From a virus (lineage: Duplodnaviria; Caudoviricetes): 64,000 nucleotides of DNA. A program made the translations under genes and the position numbers. The notes beneath the pieces were generated by a model. That model saw only the letters and a list, made by a program, of their open reading frames with translations. It made no database searches and was not told the DNA's origin. The stretch covers positions 2,161 through 66,160 of IMG/VR virus record IMGVR_UViG_3300010885_044304; one strand, 5' to 3'. Below are positions 27,632 through 40,600 of the stretch, piece after piece (the first letter of the stretch is position 1; the number at the start of each line of letters is the position of its first letter).

Positions 27632-28006
27632 ATGACCACATTTATTGGATTTAACACCATCAATCAGTACAAGAAGTTTACCTTGTTGGACTTTGAATTG
27701 ATCAAACGCGACCTGTCAAATGCCCTGAACATACAACAGGGAGAACTGCCAGGCCGCCCAGAATATGGCACCACTATCTGGAGTTTTGTGTTTGAAAATC
27801 AAAGCACAGAAACTGAACAGGCCATGATTACAGAGCTTCAGCGTGTAGCTGGTGGCGACCCCAGAATTGTTGTGCAGGATGTACAGATATATCCGCAAGA
27901 CAACGGTATCAGAATAGAAATGTTTGTACAGGTAGTGGGCAGCAGCACAGCAGAAAGACTGGCAATATTCTTTGATCAAGTATCACGTAGAGCCAGCTAC
28001 ATCTAA
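27632..28006 (+). CDS. gp25: Baseplate wedge subunit, gp25 family
   Basis: IKRDL.N.L....GE...RPEYGT.IW..VFE...DPRI motif. Confidence 0.9.
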   Translation: MTTFIGFNTINQYKKFTLLDFELIKRDLSNALNIQQGELPGRPEYGTTIWSFVFENQSTETEQAMITELQRVAGGDPRIVVQDVQIYPQDNGIRIEMFVQVVGSSTAERLAIFFDQVSRRASYI

Positions 28007-28035
28007 AAGTACGCGGTTATTAAATGCCATAAATA
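28006..28035 (+). promoter_or_regulatory. Late promoter CATAAATA with upstream AAAGTACGCGGTT element
   Basis: TAAATA at 28030-28035, upstream of gp6. Confidence 0.65.
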
Positions 28036-28054
28036 ATAGACTACAAGAGACACT

Positions 28055-31000
28055 ATGGCCAAGACTGCACGACAAACAGCAATATTTGGAGTTGAAGACT
28101 GGAAGCGTCTGTATCAGACCTACCGCGAAGCTGACTTTCAAAGCTATGATTTTGAGACCCTTCGCAAGAGTTTTATAGATTATCTGCGTTTGTACTATCC
28201 TGAGACATTCAATGACTACATTGAATCGTCAGAATTTATTGCTATCCTGGATGTCATGGCATTCATGGGTCAGGCCCTGGCCTTTCGCAATGATCTCAAT
28301 GCCAGAGAAAACTTCTTAGACACAGCAGAACGACGTGACAGTGTGGTCAGATTGGCCAACCTGGTCAGTTACACACCCAAGCGCAATCAGGCATCACAGG
28401 GCTTTCTCAAGGTGTTTGCAGTGACCACCACAGAAAGCATAACAGACTTCAATGGTGTGAATTTATCAAATGTCACAGTAAACTGGAACGATCCCACCAA
28501 CGAAAACTGGCAAGAACAATTTATCTACATCATCAATGCTGCCTTGATTGACAGCCAGAAAATTGGACGTCCTGGCAACAGACAAGACATATTGGGTATT
28601 CGCACTGACGAATACACAATCAATTTTATTCCAAATTTTTTGCCTGTGATACCCTACACTGCCACCATTGACGGAATCAACATGCCGTTTGAAGTCATAA
28701 GCGGAACCAGCCAGGGTCGAGATTATGTGTATGAACCTGCACCCAAACCCAGTAGTGCCTTTAACATACTGTTTCGTAATGATCAACTGGGATTTGGATC
28801 TGGTAACACAGGATTTTTCTTCTTGTTCAAGCAAGGTGTACTGCAGGATCAAGACTTTAATCTCACTGAAGCCATTCCCAATCGCACAGTCAACATCAAT
28901 ATAGAAGGTGTCAACAACGAAGACTATTGGCTGTATCAATTGGATGACATAGGATCTATTGCCAGCGAGTGGTTGTTTACTGAAAACATATATTCTGCTG
29001 CTGTAGAACAGTTGGCCCCTAACCAACGCAAGATCTACAGTATCACCAGTCGCGTGAATGATCAGATCACTCTCACATTTGGCGATGGTGTTTTTGCAGA
29101 AACTCCTGTGGGCACTTTTCGCAATTATGTGCGTGCCAGCAACGGCCTGCAGTACATCATCAACACAGAAGAAATGCAAAGTGTGGTCATCCCCATCAGC
29201 TATATCAGCAGATATGGTCGAATAGAAACTGCTACCTTTACCTGTGGCATCACTAATCCTGTTTCAAATGCTCAGCCGCGTGAAACCATACAGGAAATCA
29301 AACAACGTGCACCTGCACGGTATTACACACAGAACAGAATGGTCAACGGCGAGGACTACAACAACTTTCCGTTTACTCAATACAACAATATTCTCAAGAG
29401 TAAGGCTGTTGCACGTTCAGCAACAGGTACCACTCGTTACATTGATCTCAATGACATAACTGGCAAATATTCCAGCACCAACATCTTTGCCAGCGACGGC
29501 CTGTTGTATAAGGAAAATCTTCTGCCCAGCTTTCAATTTGACTGGTTCAACCGCAATGACATTGTGGATGTGATCACCAACAGTGTGGAACCTTTATTGA
29601 CAGATCGCAGCATGTTGCAGTTTTATTATGCCAATTTTCCACGACCCAGTCTGTCTGTTATTGATCTGGCCTGGAATCAAAGCACCACCATGGTGAATGA
29701 AACCTCTGGATATTTTTACAACACAAACTCTCTGGCACCGCAGTTTATTGGCAGTTATGCCAGCAACAATGCCAAGTATATTACACCAGGCAGTTTGATC
29801 AAATTTGTTCCGCCCACAGGTTACTATTTTGATGCTAATAATCGCCTGGTGCTTGGTACTCCTACTCGTGCAGACGAAAAACTTGAAATTTGGGCCACAA
29901 TATCTGTTGTGGTTTTAGATGGAACAAATACAGGTCTTGGTAATTTGACAGATGGCACAGGACCAGTTGGCATCAATACTTTTGTGCCCACCGGAGCACT
30001 GGCTGAATTGGTAATTCCCAAGTTTGTAGATGATCTTCCTTTCAGCCTTGAACAACAGATAATACAACAAATAGAACTGTCGCGTGACTTTGGCCTAGGT
30101 TACGACAACCTGACCAGCACATGGTACTTGATAACCAGTACCAATTTGAATACAACCAGTGAATTTGGCCTCAGCAACGCTCAAAATACAGCAGGACTGA
30201 ATCTTGACGCATCTTGGTTGGTCAGTTTCTCTACTCCCACAGACCCTGCCAACTACACTGTGATTTCTCGTGCCCTGGACTATATTTTTGCCAGCGTAAT
30301 TGAAACCAGATTTTTCTTTGATGGTAGTGAAAAAGTATATGACAGCAGAACAGGCAAGATAATCAGTGACTTTGTAAATGTATTAAAGACCAACAGTTTA
30401 CCAGACTCCAATTTCCCATTGCCCAGTGATGTCGTAATGGAGATCATTGCCCAACCAGTAGAAAGCGACGGCTATGTCAATGACTATAAGGTTGTGGTCA
30501 GCTATCGCGACAGTGACGGTGACGGAGTGGCTGACAATCCAGACTTCTTTGATGAAATTGTTGATCCCAATATAAACCCCAATGCCAAATTGGTATTTCT
30601 GCAACTGGTCACAGACTTCGACGATTTAGAACGCTTCCTGCCAGTGGCACCAGGAGTTGTCAACAGCAGTTATGCAACAAAAAATGCACTTGAACTGGTC
30701 AAAAGTGAATTTGTAAATGGTCAAGTGTTTTATGCCTATAGTGAACAGAAATTTTTTACGTTGCTGATTCAAAATATCGACGGTGTATTAACTCGCAGCT
30801 TGATTGAACAGTTTGATTTTATCAGCCGTGTAGGTCGACAAAGCCTGTACTTTCAGTATCGTCACAACAGTCCTTTGACCAATGTGATCGATCCAGGTGT
30901 GACCAACATCATAGATTTATACATTTTGAATCAAGAATATTACACTGCCTATCAAAACTACATCAAGGACACCACAGGTTCTGTGCCAGAACCAACGCAG

Positions 31001-31600
31001 CCCACAATTAGTCAATTGACTACAGCCTACAGCGGATTAAATGACTACAAGATGATCTCAGATAACATGGTTCTAAATTCAGTTGTGTTCAAACCCTTGT
31101 TTGGTGCAAAGGCAGCCCCTGAACTACAGGCTGCCATCAAGGTTGTGCCTGCTCCCAATACCACTGCTTCTGCCAGTGAAATAAAGAGCCAGGTCATCAC
31201 CTACATTAACGATTATTTTACCATTGACAAGTGGGACTTTGGTGACAGTTTCTTCTTTTCAGAATTGGCAGCTTATCTGCATGAAAAATTAGGCAGCATC
31301 ATCAGTTCAGTTGTTATTGTTCCATACAATCCATTGAAGTCATTTGGCGACCTGTATGAAATACGTTCGGCCCCCAATGAAATTTTTGTCAGTGCTGCCA
31401 CGGTGGCAGATGTTGAAATTATCACAGCTCTTACGCAAAGCAATATAAGAAGTCAAACACCTGTGTCTGGCCTTTATCCTGTGGCCATGGGTCAAGGCAC
31501 AGCCGGAAGGTCAGCCAGCAGCACTGTGACTACCGCCACCACAAACGCCAGTACTGGCGGAAGTGGCAGCAGTGGTACCAGCGGCGGAGGTGGTTACTAA
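28055..31600 (+). CDS. gp6: Baseplate wedge subunit, T4 gp6 family
   Basis: DFETLR..FIDYL, ENFLDTAERRDSV..LA....Y.P, FGDG.F...P, ET..EIK..AP..Y.TQNRMV..EDY. Confidence 0.9.
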   Translation: MAKTARQTAIFGVEDWKRLYQTYREADFQSYDFETLRKSFIDYLRLYYPETFNDYIESSEFIAILDVMAFMGQALAFRNDLNARENFLDTAERRDSVVRLANLVSYTPKRNQASQGFLKVFAVTTTESITDFNGVNLSNVTVNWNDPTNENWQEQFIYIINAALIDSQKIGRPGNRQDILGIRTDEYTINFIPNFLPVIPYTATIDGINMPFEVISGTSQGRDYVYEPAPKPSSAFNILFRNDQLGFGSGNTGFFFLFKQGVLQDQDFNLTEAIPNRTVNINIEGVNNEDYWLYQLDDIGSIASEWLFTENIYSAAVEQLAPNQRKIYSITSRVNDQITLTFGDGVFAETPVGTFRNYVRASNGLQYIINTEEMQSVVIPISYISRYGRIETATFTCGITNPVSNAQPRETIQEIKQRAPARYYTQNRMVNGEDYNNFPFTQYNNILKSKAVARSATGTTRYIDLNDITGKYSSTNIFASDGLLYKENLLPSFQFDWFNRNDIVDVITNSVEPLLTDRSMLQFYYANFPRPSLSVIDLAWNQSTTMVNETSGYFYNTNSLAPQFIGSYASNNAKYITPGSLIKFVPPTGYYFDANNRLVLGTPTRADEKLEIWATISVVVLDGTNTGLGNLTDGTGPVGINTFVPTGALAELVIPKFVDDLPFSLEQQIIQQIELSRDFGLGYDNLTSTWYLITSTNLNTTSEFGLSNAQNTAGLNLDASWLVSFSTPTDPANYTVISRALDYIFASVIETRFFFDGSEKVYDSRTGKIISDFVNVLKTNSLPDSNFPLPSDVVMEIIAQPVESDGYVNDYKVVVSYRDSDGDGVADNPDFFDEIVDPNINPNAKLVFLQLVTDFDDLERFLPVAPGVVNSSYATKNALELVKSEFVNGQVFYAYSEQKFFTLLIQNIDGVLTRSLIEQFDFISRVGRQSLYFQYRHNSPLTNVIDPGVTNIIDLYILNQEYYTAYQNYIKDTTGSVPEPTQPTISQLTTAYSGLNDYKMISDNMVLNSVVFKPLFGAKAAPELQAAIKVVPAPNTTASASEIKSQVITYINDYFTIDKWDFGDSFFFSELAAYLHEKLGSIISSVVIVPYNPLKSFGDLYEIRSAPNEIFVSAATVADVEIITALTQSNIRSQTPVSGLYPVAMGQGTAGRSASSTVTTATTNASTGGSGSSGTSGGGGY

Positions 31601-34600
31601 TGGCTACACGTCGTACTGTAGATCTACTGCCAGAGATATTTAGAACTGATGTAAATCGTCAGTTTCTGGCAGCCACTCTTGATCAACTGACACAAGAACC
31701 AAACTTGAAACGTACACAAGGGTATGTGGGTCGTCGTTATGGTCCAGGTGTAAATCCTGCCGACAATTATGTTGTCGAACCTACTGCCGATCGATATGCT
31801 TATCAACTTGAACCAGGCGTGGCCTTTCTCAAACCAGAAACCAACACTGCTATAGACGCTATCACTTATCCTGGCATGATCGATGCACTGAATCTTCAAG
31901 GTGCCATTACCACCAGACAGGATAGCTTGTTTGAAAGTGAATATTATGCCTGGGATCCATTTTGCGACTTTGACAAGTTTACCAACTATAGTCAATACTA
32001 TTGGCTGTCGCAGGGACCAGAGTCAGTTGACATCTTTGCCACAGCAGTGGCTACCAGTGATGCTTGGGAAATAACACGAGGTACTCTTGACTATACTTTC
32101 AGTGATGTAGCTGGTGGCAATCCAACCATAACATTGGTACGAGGCGGCAACTATACTTTTGATGTAAATCAAGTTGGATTCAACTTTTGGATACAGGCAG
32201 TTCCTGGAGTCAACGGCACCATGCCTGCTACTCCCAACATTAGCAGTCGTGACGTTTTAGGAGTAACCAACAACGGTCGAGATCAAGGTACTGTTTCATT
32301 TGATGTGCCATTGACTTCAGCACAAAATTTTTATTATTCTTTGCCCAGTTTTGGTTCAGTAGATTTGGTCACAAATTTAGTGTTTGAACAGATTGATGGT
32401 GTGAGTGTGGCTGACTTTTTTGATACCTATCCTACAGGCATAGATGGTATTACTGATCTCGAAGGTCGCACATTGATCTTTACAAACACCAGTTTTGATC
32501 CAATTAATCTCTATAATGTTTGGCAGATCGAATATGATCTTACCAATCCACTTGATCCAGTTATACAGTTAAACAGTATTTTAACAGTGTCCAATCTCAA
32601 TAAGTGCACTATCAGTTTTGGCACTGTGTATGCAAGTACGCAATGGTACAAAAATGCATCAGGATATTTTGAACAAGTTCCTTTGTTGACAGCTGTGTTG
32701 GACACCTTGTATTATCAAGACAGTCAAAATCCTGCATTGTATGGACGTATCAAATTGATTGATCCAGGTAATGAATTGTTCATAGACGTTGAAGAAATAA
32801 TTGGCGCCAAAAATTACACTAGTCCCAATGGTGTTGTTTTTACCAATGGTCTTAAGGTGCAATTTCGTGGCACATCAAATCCACCACAGTTTCAAAATCT
32901 TGAATACTATGTAGAAGGAGTAGGCACAGGACCAGGACTGGATTCCAGAGTGGGCTTTATCGATGGTGAAGCCTACTACGGTGCTTTCCATGTGCATCAA
33001 GGTCAAAAAATGACTGGCAGTTTACATGTGGATACTTTTCATCAATTTATCTATGACACAGTGGCAGAAAGCCTGTTGAATGAAGGTGCAGGTGGTCCTG
33101 CAGGTGCACCATTATCTGCTACTCCAGTGGCAGGAGCTACCACAGGCAATGGAATCAAATTGTTACCTGTGACAGAATTTGTCACACCGGAAACCTATAC
33201 CAAAAGCGAAACTATTCCGTACGACAGCACCAGCTATGATTCCACACCATTTGATGCCAATCTAAATGCCCCGTTAGTACAAGACTATATCACAATAAAT
33301 CGTGCCAGTCAAGACCGTAATGCTTGGTCACGCAGTAACCGTTGGTTTCACGTGGATGTGATACGTGCCACAGCTGAATACAACAACCAAGACCTGGTGG
33401 TTGACAACAATCTCAGAGCAAAACGTCCCATCATTGAATTCCGTGCCAATCTCAATCTGTACAATTTTGGCACACAAGGCAAGACACCTGTGAACATTGT
33501 GGACTTCAATCTCACTGATGCATTCAGTCAGATCAACGGAGAAATAAGTTACGCTACAGATGGATTTGCATTGGCCACAGGCACCAGAATTATTTTTGCT
33601 GCCGACACAGATCCTGATGTGCGCAACAACATATGGCAGGTGCAATTTATTGATCCAACCAATACTGGAAATTTTGTTATTGACTTGATTCCTGCGCCAG
33701 ATGGTGAAATACTCACTAATCAAACAGTGGTGGCCTTGAGTGGCAACACACAACAAGGTTTAAGCTATTGGTTCAACGGATTGGATTGGATTGCAGCACA
33801 ACAAAAGACTAGAGTGAACCAACCGCCCCTGTTTGACGTGTTTGACTCAAATGGTATCAGTCTAGGTGATGCTGTAGTGTATCCCAGTAGCACGTTTGCT
33901 GGCAGCAAACTGTTTGGTTATGCTCCGGGCACAGGTGCCACACGTGATGTGTACCTGGGATTTAGTTTACAGTATCTCAACATTGACAATGTGGGCGACA
34001 TTGTGTTTGAAAATTTCTTATATACCGACACCTTTTTGTTTGTGCAAGACAATGTGAGTCAGACACAACTGATCAGCCAAGGGTTTATACGTCAATATAT
34101 TGATAGGGTCAGCTTCAGCAACCTGATTGGATGGCAGGATGCTGCTGCACCTAATCTCAGTCGTCAGTCGTTCAGTTTTGTGTATACTGCTGCACCCTTG
34201 GTACTGGACATTGCCATCAATGATGACTCAATATATCCTCCACTGCAGATATTTGCGGAAGGTGTCTATCTTGACCCTGACAACTACAGTTACACAACAA
34301 CAGAAAATTCCACAACCATTACTATCCTTCGAAACTTGGTCAGTGGAACAGTGATTGAAGTAGAAGCTCTCAGCAACCAAGCAAGTTCGGCGGGTTTTTA
34401 CCAAGTGCCACTGAACTTAGAAAACAATCCTCTAAATGAAAACAGCACTATCTTTACCCTGGGCACAATTCGTACACACTACGAAAGCATCGGACAAAAC
34501 TTACGAACCATACAAGGACCTATTGTAGGTGCAAACAACACACGTGACCTGGGTAACCTGATCAAGTATGGCAACGTTATTGTGCAACATTCTGCTCCGT

Positions 34601-37600
34601 TGGCCTTGACTGGCACCTTCCTGCGTCAACAGCAGTTTGAATTGTTCAATTCCATTGGATACAACAGCAGAGAATACAACAAGTACAAGGCCTTGTTGTT
34701 GGATTTGGCTGCCAAGGGTGACTTTGAAAATCTTACACCCACACAGGTGCTAGATAATGTGTTGCAAGAAATTAGTTTGGGACGCAGTGACATTAGTCCA
34801 TTCTATTGGAGCGACATGTTGCCCAGTGGAGAAGTCTACACCACAACCACCACAACCTACACAATTATAAGTTCACCTGTGTTTGATCTCTTAAACACCT
34901 ACAATTTTTCCGCATCAAATTATCAAGGTTTGTTGGTGTATCTGAATGATCAACTGTTGACTCTAAATTATCAATATGTGGTCAGCACAGATTCTCCCAC
35001 ACTGACCATTACTGTGCCCTTGACCACAGGGGACATTGTTAAAATTCGCGAGTATCCTATCACTTATGGCAGTTATGTGCCTAATACTCCCACCAAGATG
35101 GGTCTATATCCTGCCTTTAGACCAGAGATATATCTGGATACAACTTATGTAAATCCAACCTTGGTCATACGAGGACACGATGGAAGTATCACAGTGGCGT
35201 TTACTGATTATCGTGATCAGGTGTTGTTGGAGTTTGAAAAAAGAATCTTTAACAATCTCAAGATAGCCAGTGACATTCCATTGAACTACACAGATGTGGC
35301 ACCTGGACAATTCAGAACCACAGACTATACACTGGAACAAGTGAATCAAATACTTGTTGAAGATTTCTTGAGTTGGGTTGGATGGAACAAGTTGGATTAT
35401 ACCACACAGTCTTACGTTTCCAATGATCCCTTTACCTACAACTACAGCCAATCAGCTAATCGACTGTCAGGCAAACCATCACTGGGTGCCTGGCGTGGCA
35501 TTTACAATTATTTCTATGACACTTACACACCTGATTCTACTCCGTGGCAAATGTTGGGCCTGAGTCAAAAACCTGCCTGGTGGGACAGTGAATACAGTGC
35601 TGGACCATACACCAGTGGCAACACTGTTCTATGGGATGACTTGGCAGCTGGTATCATAAGAGAGCCTGGAAACGTCCGCGTTGACAGCAGATATATCCGT
35701 CCAGAACTGCTACAAGTATTACCAGTCGACAGCGAAGGACAACTGTTAGATCCCCTGCAAACTACAATTGGCAACTATGATGCCACCAGTTTCAAACGCA
35801 ATTGGGTATTTGGTGACGACGGCCCTGTGGAAAATGCTTGGCGTACATCAAGTTCGTGGCCGTTTGCTGTGATGCGTCTGTTGGCTCTGACCAAGCCAGC
35901 CAACTTTTTTAGTTTGTTTGCTGATCGAGATCGTTATGTCTACAATGATGCATTGGAACAATATCTGTGGGATGGACGTTATCGCATTGATGCCAAAAAA
36001 TTGACACCTTTGTACGGCAACAACGTCAGTAAAGCCAGTTATATAAACTGGATCATTGATTACAATCGTCAATTGGGTATCAATTCAACTGATGTACTGA
36101 CCTCTACTCTAAACAACATTGATGTGAGATTATGCTGGCGCATGGCCGGATTCAGTGGAAAAAATTACTTGAAGGTCTATACTGAACGTGCCACTCCTGA
36201 CAGCACCAATACCAGTTTGATTTTGCCAGATGAAAGTTATCAATTGTTGTTGTACAAGAACCAACCTTTTGAACAACTGACCTACAGTTCAGTTGTGGTG
36301 CAAAAAACTGATACTGGCTATTCAGTTTTTGGCTACAGTGCGTTGGATCCATATTTTAATATATTAGTATCTCGTCCCAGTGGCAATTTTGTAAATCTTT
36401 CTGACAATCAAAATGTCATAAGAGTATCGCTGGACCACAGTACAAATGTGGCACGAGTGCCTTATGGATTTGTGTTTACCAATATAGGTGGTGTAGTTGA
36501 CTTCTTGGTCAGCTATGGTGCATTGTTGCAAAATCAAGGTTTTGTGTTTGAGAATCGCGAAAACGGTTATGTTTTAAATTGGTTACAAATGGCACAGGAG
36601 TTCTTGTACTGGACTAATCAAGGATGGGGCACAGGATCCATTATAAATTTAAACCCTGCTGCCACCAGTATCAGTATTGAGCGTCCAACTGCTGTAGTTG
36701 ATAATCTCAATATCTACAGTCCAGAAAATATCATCTTGAATCAAAATCGACAACCACTGAAAACAGGTGACCTGGTGGTGGATCGGATTGAGAACCTGTT
36801 TCGTGTAACAACCCTGTCCACAAACACTATAAATTTTTTAAACATCAGATTCACTCAGTACGAACACATGATGGTGTTGGACAACCGCAGCATTTTTGCT
36901 GACTTGCTTTATCAACCAGTAACCGGTGCACGTCAAAGCCGTGTGTTTATTTCGGGTTGGCTCAGTGGCAACTGGAACGGCACAGTAAACGCTCCAGGCT
37001 TTGTGTTGAACCAAGACAACATAGTGGAATGGTTACCTACTCGCAAGTATGCCAAGGGTGAAATAGTACTGTTCAAAAATGAGTATTGGGCAGCCAGTAC
37101 AATCATTCAACCCAGTCAAAAATTCAATTACAACCTCTGGATAAAGAGTGATTACAATGAAATACAAACTGGACTGTTACCCAATGCAGCCAATGCATCA
37201 GACCAATTGGCCACAGCTTACAGTGTGTACAACGCCAATTTGGAAACTGAAGTAGATCTGTTCAGCTATGGTTTGATTGGCTTCCGTCCTCGCCAGTACA
37301 TGCAGGCCTTAAATCTGGATGACGTGAGTCAGGTCAACCTGTATCAACAATTTTTGGGAACCAAGGGCACAATTCGCAGTGCAGAATTGTTTAGTCTTGC
37401 AAATCTTGGCAAGGAAGTTGCTGAATACAACATCAACGAATTCTGGGCTATCCTACGCAGTCAATATGGCGCTACCGCCAACCGAAGTTATGTAGAACTG
37501 TTGTTGAACGAAGCAAACTTGCACAGTAACCCTAGCCTGATTCAAGTTGTTCAAACAGGACAAACTTCTGAAGCAGATCAGACCGTGTTGGTGCAGAACA

Positions 37601-40600
37601 TTTGGAAATCCTCTACCAAGATTAACAACCCTAACATTTTGCCTGTTACCACTAGCTTGCCCACTGATGTTGGTTTGCCTGTGGCAGGTTATGTAAATCT
37701 TGACGACGTGGATATTACACTTTTTGATTTTGATGCAGCGCAGATAGCAGGAGCAGTTACTCTAAATCAGATTGGTATGAATACCACTGTGTGGTTTGCC
37801 AAGGTCAACAATTATGATTGGGGGATATTCAGAACTGAAATGGTTCCTGCAAATGTAATTTCCATGTCAGATAATCTGAATGGTCGCAGCCAGATGAGAT
37901 TCAACAGACCTCACAAACTGTCGATAGGCGATTTGATTATAGTAAACTATTTTGATCCTGTAATCAACGGTGTGTACCGTGTGTTGTTTGTGGTTGATCT
38001 GCAGTCAATTTTGGTTGAGTTTAGCTTCACTGGCTTTCAAGCAGAGGTTCTGGGAAATGGTATTGCCTTTAGACTTCAAACTGCCAGAGTAGCACAGCCC
38101 TCTGACATAATCACCTTGCCATATGCCAAACAACTGGAGCCTGGTGCACGAGTTTGGGTAGACAGCAACGCATCTGGATTTTGGCAGGTGCTGGAAAAAA
38201 CTGAACCCTTTAGTACACAGGTAGAAATTGGACCAGTTGAACGCAGTGGTAACTCACAATTTGGTTTTGCATTAAGTCAAGGCTTCCAGAATCTCAGTGC
38301 ATTGGTTGGTGCTCCAGGATACAATGCCAACGAAGCTGCAACTGCTCCCGGTGCCTTGTATACCTATGTAAAAACTTTTGCAGATGTATACAATGAAAAC
38401 AGTATTTTACAGCTAGGAACCACAGATACAGCTGGTTATGGCAATGCAGTTGACATGGGCGATCAGCAGTGGGCCATTGTGGGTGCCAGTGCCAGCGACA
38501 GCGGTGCTGGATATGCTGCGGTAATTTATCGCAATCCTGCCAGCCCAGTGTTTGAGCAATGGCAATTATTGGCCATTCCTGCAGGCGACCAAATAACAGT
38601 CGCAGATGAGTTTGGATACTCTGTTACAATGAGCCTGGATGAGCGGTGGCTATATGTAGGCGCCCCAGGCGGCAATACAGTGTACGCCTACAATCGTATA
38701 GATGTTCAAGACCAATCAGTTGAATACATATCAGTACAGGGACAAACTGCCTATCAATTCAGTAATAACATAATAATTGATGATGGCAGTCAGATCATTG
38801 TCAGCGTTGACAATATCGTTCTGACCTACACAACAGATTACACTGCCACATCAACCACTTTGAATCTAAATGCTGCTGTACCAGAAAATTCTGTTGTCAG
38901 CATTGTTCGTCGCAAAACATTGCAAACCATAAGTGATGGATCAACAGCAGCTTTTGATTTGTCATCTTTGTACGCAGTCACAGATGTCTACAGTGTAACA
39001 GTATATGCCAATGGAATATTGCTACGTCCAGAAACAGATTACACACTCGCTGGATCTACTGTGACGTTGTTGTCTGTGCCTTTGGTAGATACTGCTATTG
39101 TTTTCCGTGCTGGCACATATTATTCGTTGGTTGCAGATTTAACAGCATCCGTTGGTGATTCGACTAATGCAGAATTTGGACACAGTATTACCACAACCAC
39201 TACTGGACGCAAGTTACTGGCCGGAAGTCCTAATACAGTAGTTGATGATGGTGAAACAACATATTCAAATGCTGGCAAAACTTTTGTATTTGACAGAAGT
39301 GTGCAACGTTTTCAAGTCACAGATGCCAGTGTGCTATCCTATACCACCGAACAAGCATTGGTTTCACCAACTGCAGTGTTCCTGAACACAGTTTATCAGT
39401 TAAATCAGGTGGGCAACATTGGTGGAACCTATACCATCAGTGGCAATACCATCACGTTCACCGCTGCACTGGCAGTGGGAGATATTATTGAGGTTGAAAC
39501 AAACAATTTCATTCAAGAACAAATACTGACATCAACCAACATCAACACCGGCAACAAGTATGGATATCGTGTGGATCAGTGCATAAACGACTGCAGTCTT
39601 TATATCAGTAGTCCTTATATTGACCTGCTTAAACCACAGGCTGGTCAAGTTGAAGTAGTGATCAATCAAGCCAGGGCGTTTGGAACTATTACCAGTACCA
39701 TTGCCAACCCTGTGCTGACTGCAGGCAACCACCTGCGTATCAACAATTATTTTGTGGAGATTACTGGAACCACTGTGGCGCAACTGGCCTTAGACATAAA
39801 CTCTGCAGCTATTCCTAATGCACAGGCCGCGGTCACTGCTGATCTTGAACTTGTTGGTGATGCCAGCACTAAGATTTTTGATGTGGGATCAATCTATTCG
39901 GTGGCCACTGCCTATACCCCTGTAGTTCTAATTGATGATGTATTAAAAGTTCTAAACACAGACTACACCTACAACAATATCACCAAACAGATAACATTCT
40001 CTACAGCTCCAGACATTGGTGCCATAATCACTGTGGTATCAGGCCGCTTGACCATAGAAGTCAAGAATCAACTATCAGCTGTGCCACTTGACAAGCTGCA
40101 GGTTGATGATGGAACAGGAACACTGTTTGCTGATCTTGGCCTACAGGCATATGTATATCAACAAACTATCACTGCACCAAATCAACAAGACTTTGCTCAT
40201 TTTGGGGAAAGTACATTCATCAGCGAAGACACAGTAACACTCTTGGTGGGCGCACCCAACGGTACTCCCATCAGCTCTGTTACCTTTGATCAAGCAGCAA
40301 CCACATTTGATGCCGAAAGCACAAATTTTATTGATACTATACCCAATGCAGGTGTGGTCTACACTTATGATGCTCTGCGTCCAGTCAATTGGTCAGTGAC
40401 CAATCCTGTGCAGTTTGTGTTTGGACAACAGATAATTCCGTTGCAAGACAGCCAAACTTCAGATTTATATGGCGCAGCACTGGATTACACCACTGGCACA
40501 CTGTTGATTGGGTCACCCGGGTTTGACGCCGGCGACAGTCAGGTGGGATATGGTTCGGTTACAAAACTGCAAAACAACAGCAACTTGCCTGCTTGGCAAC

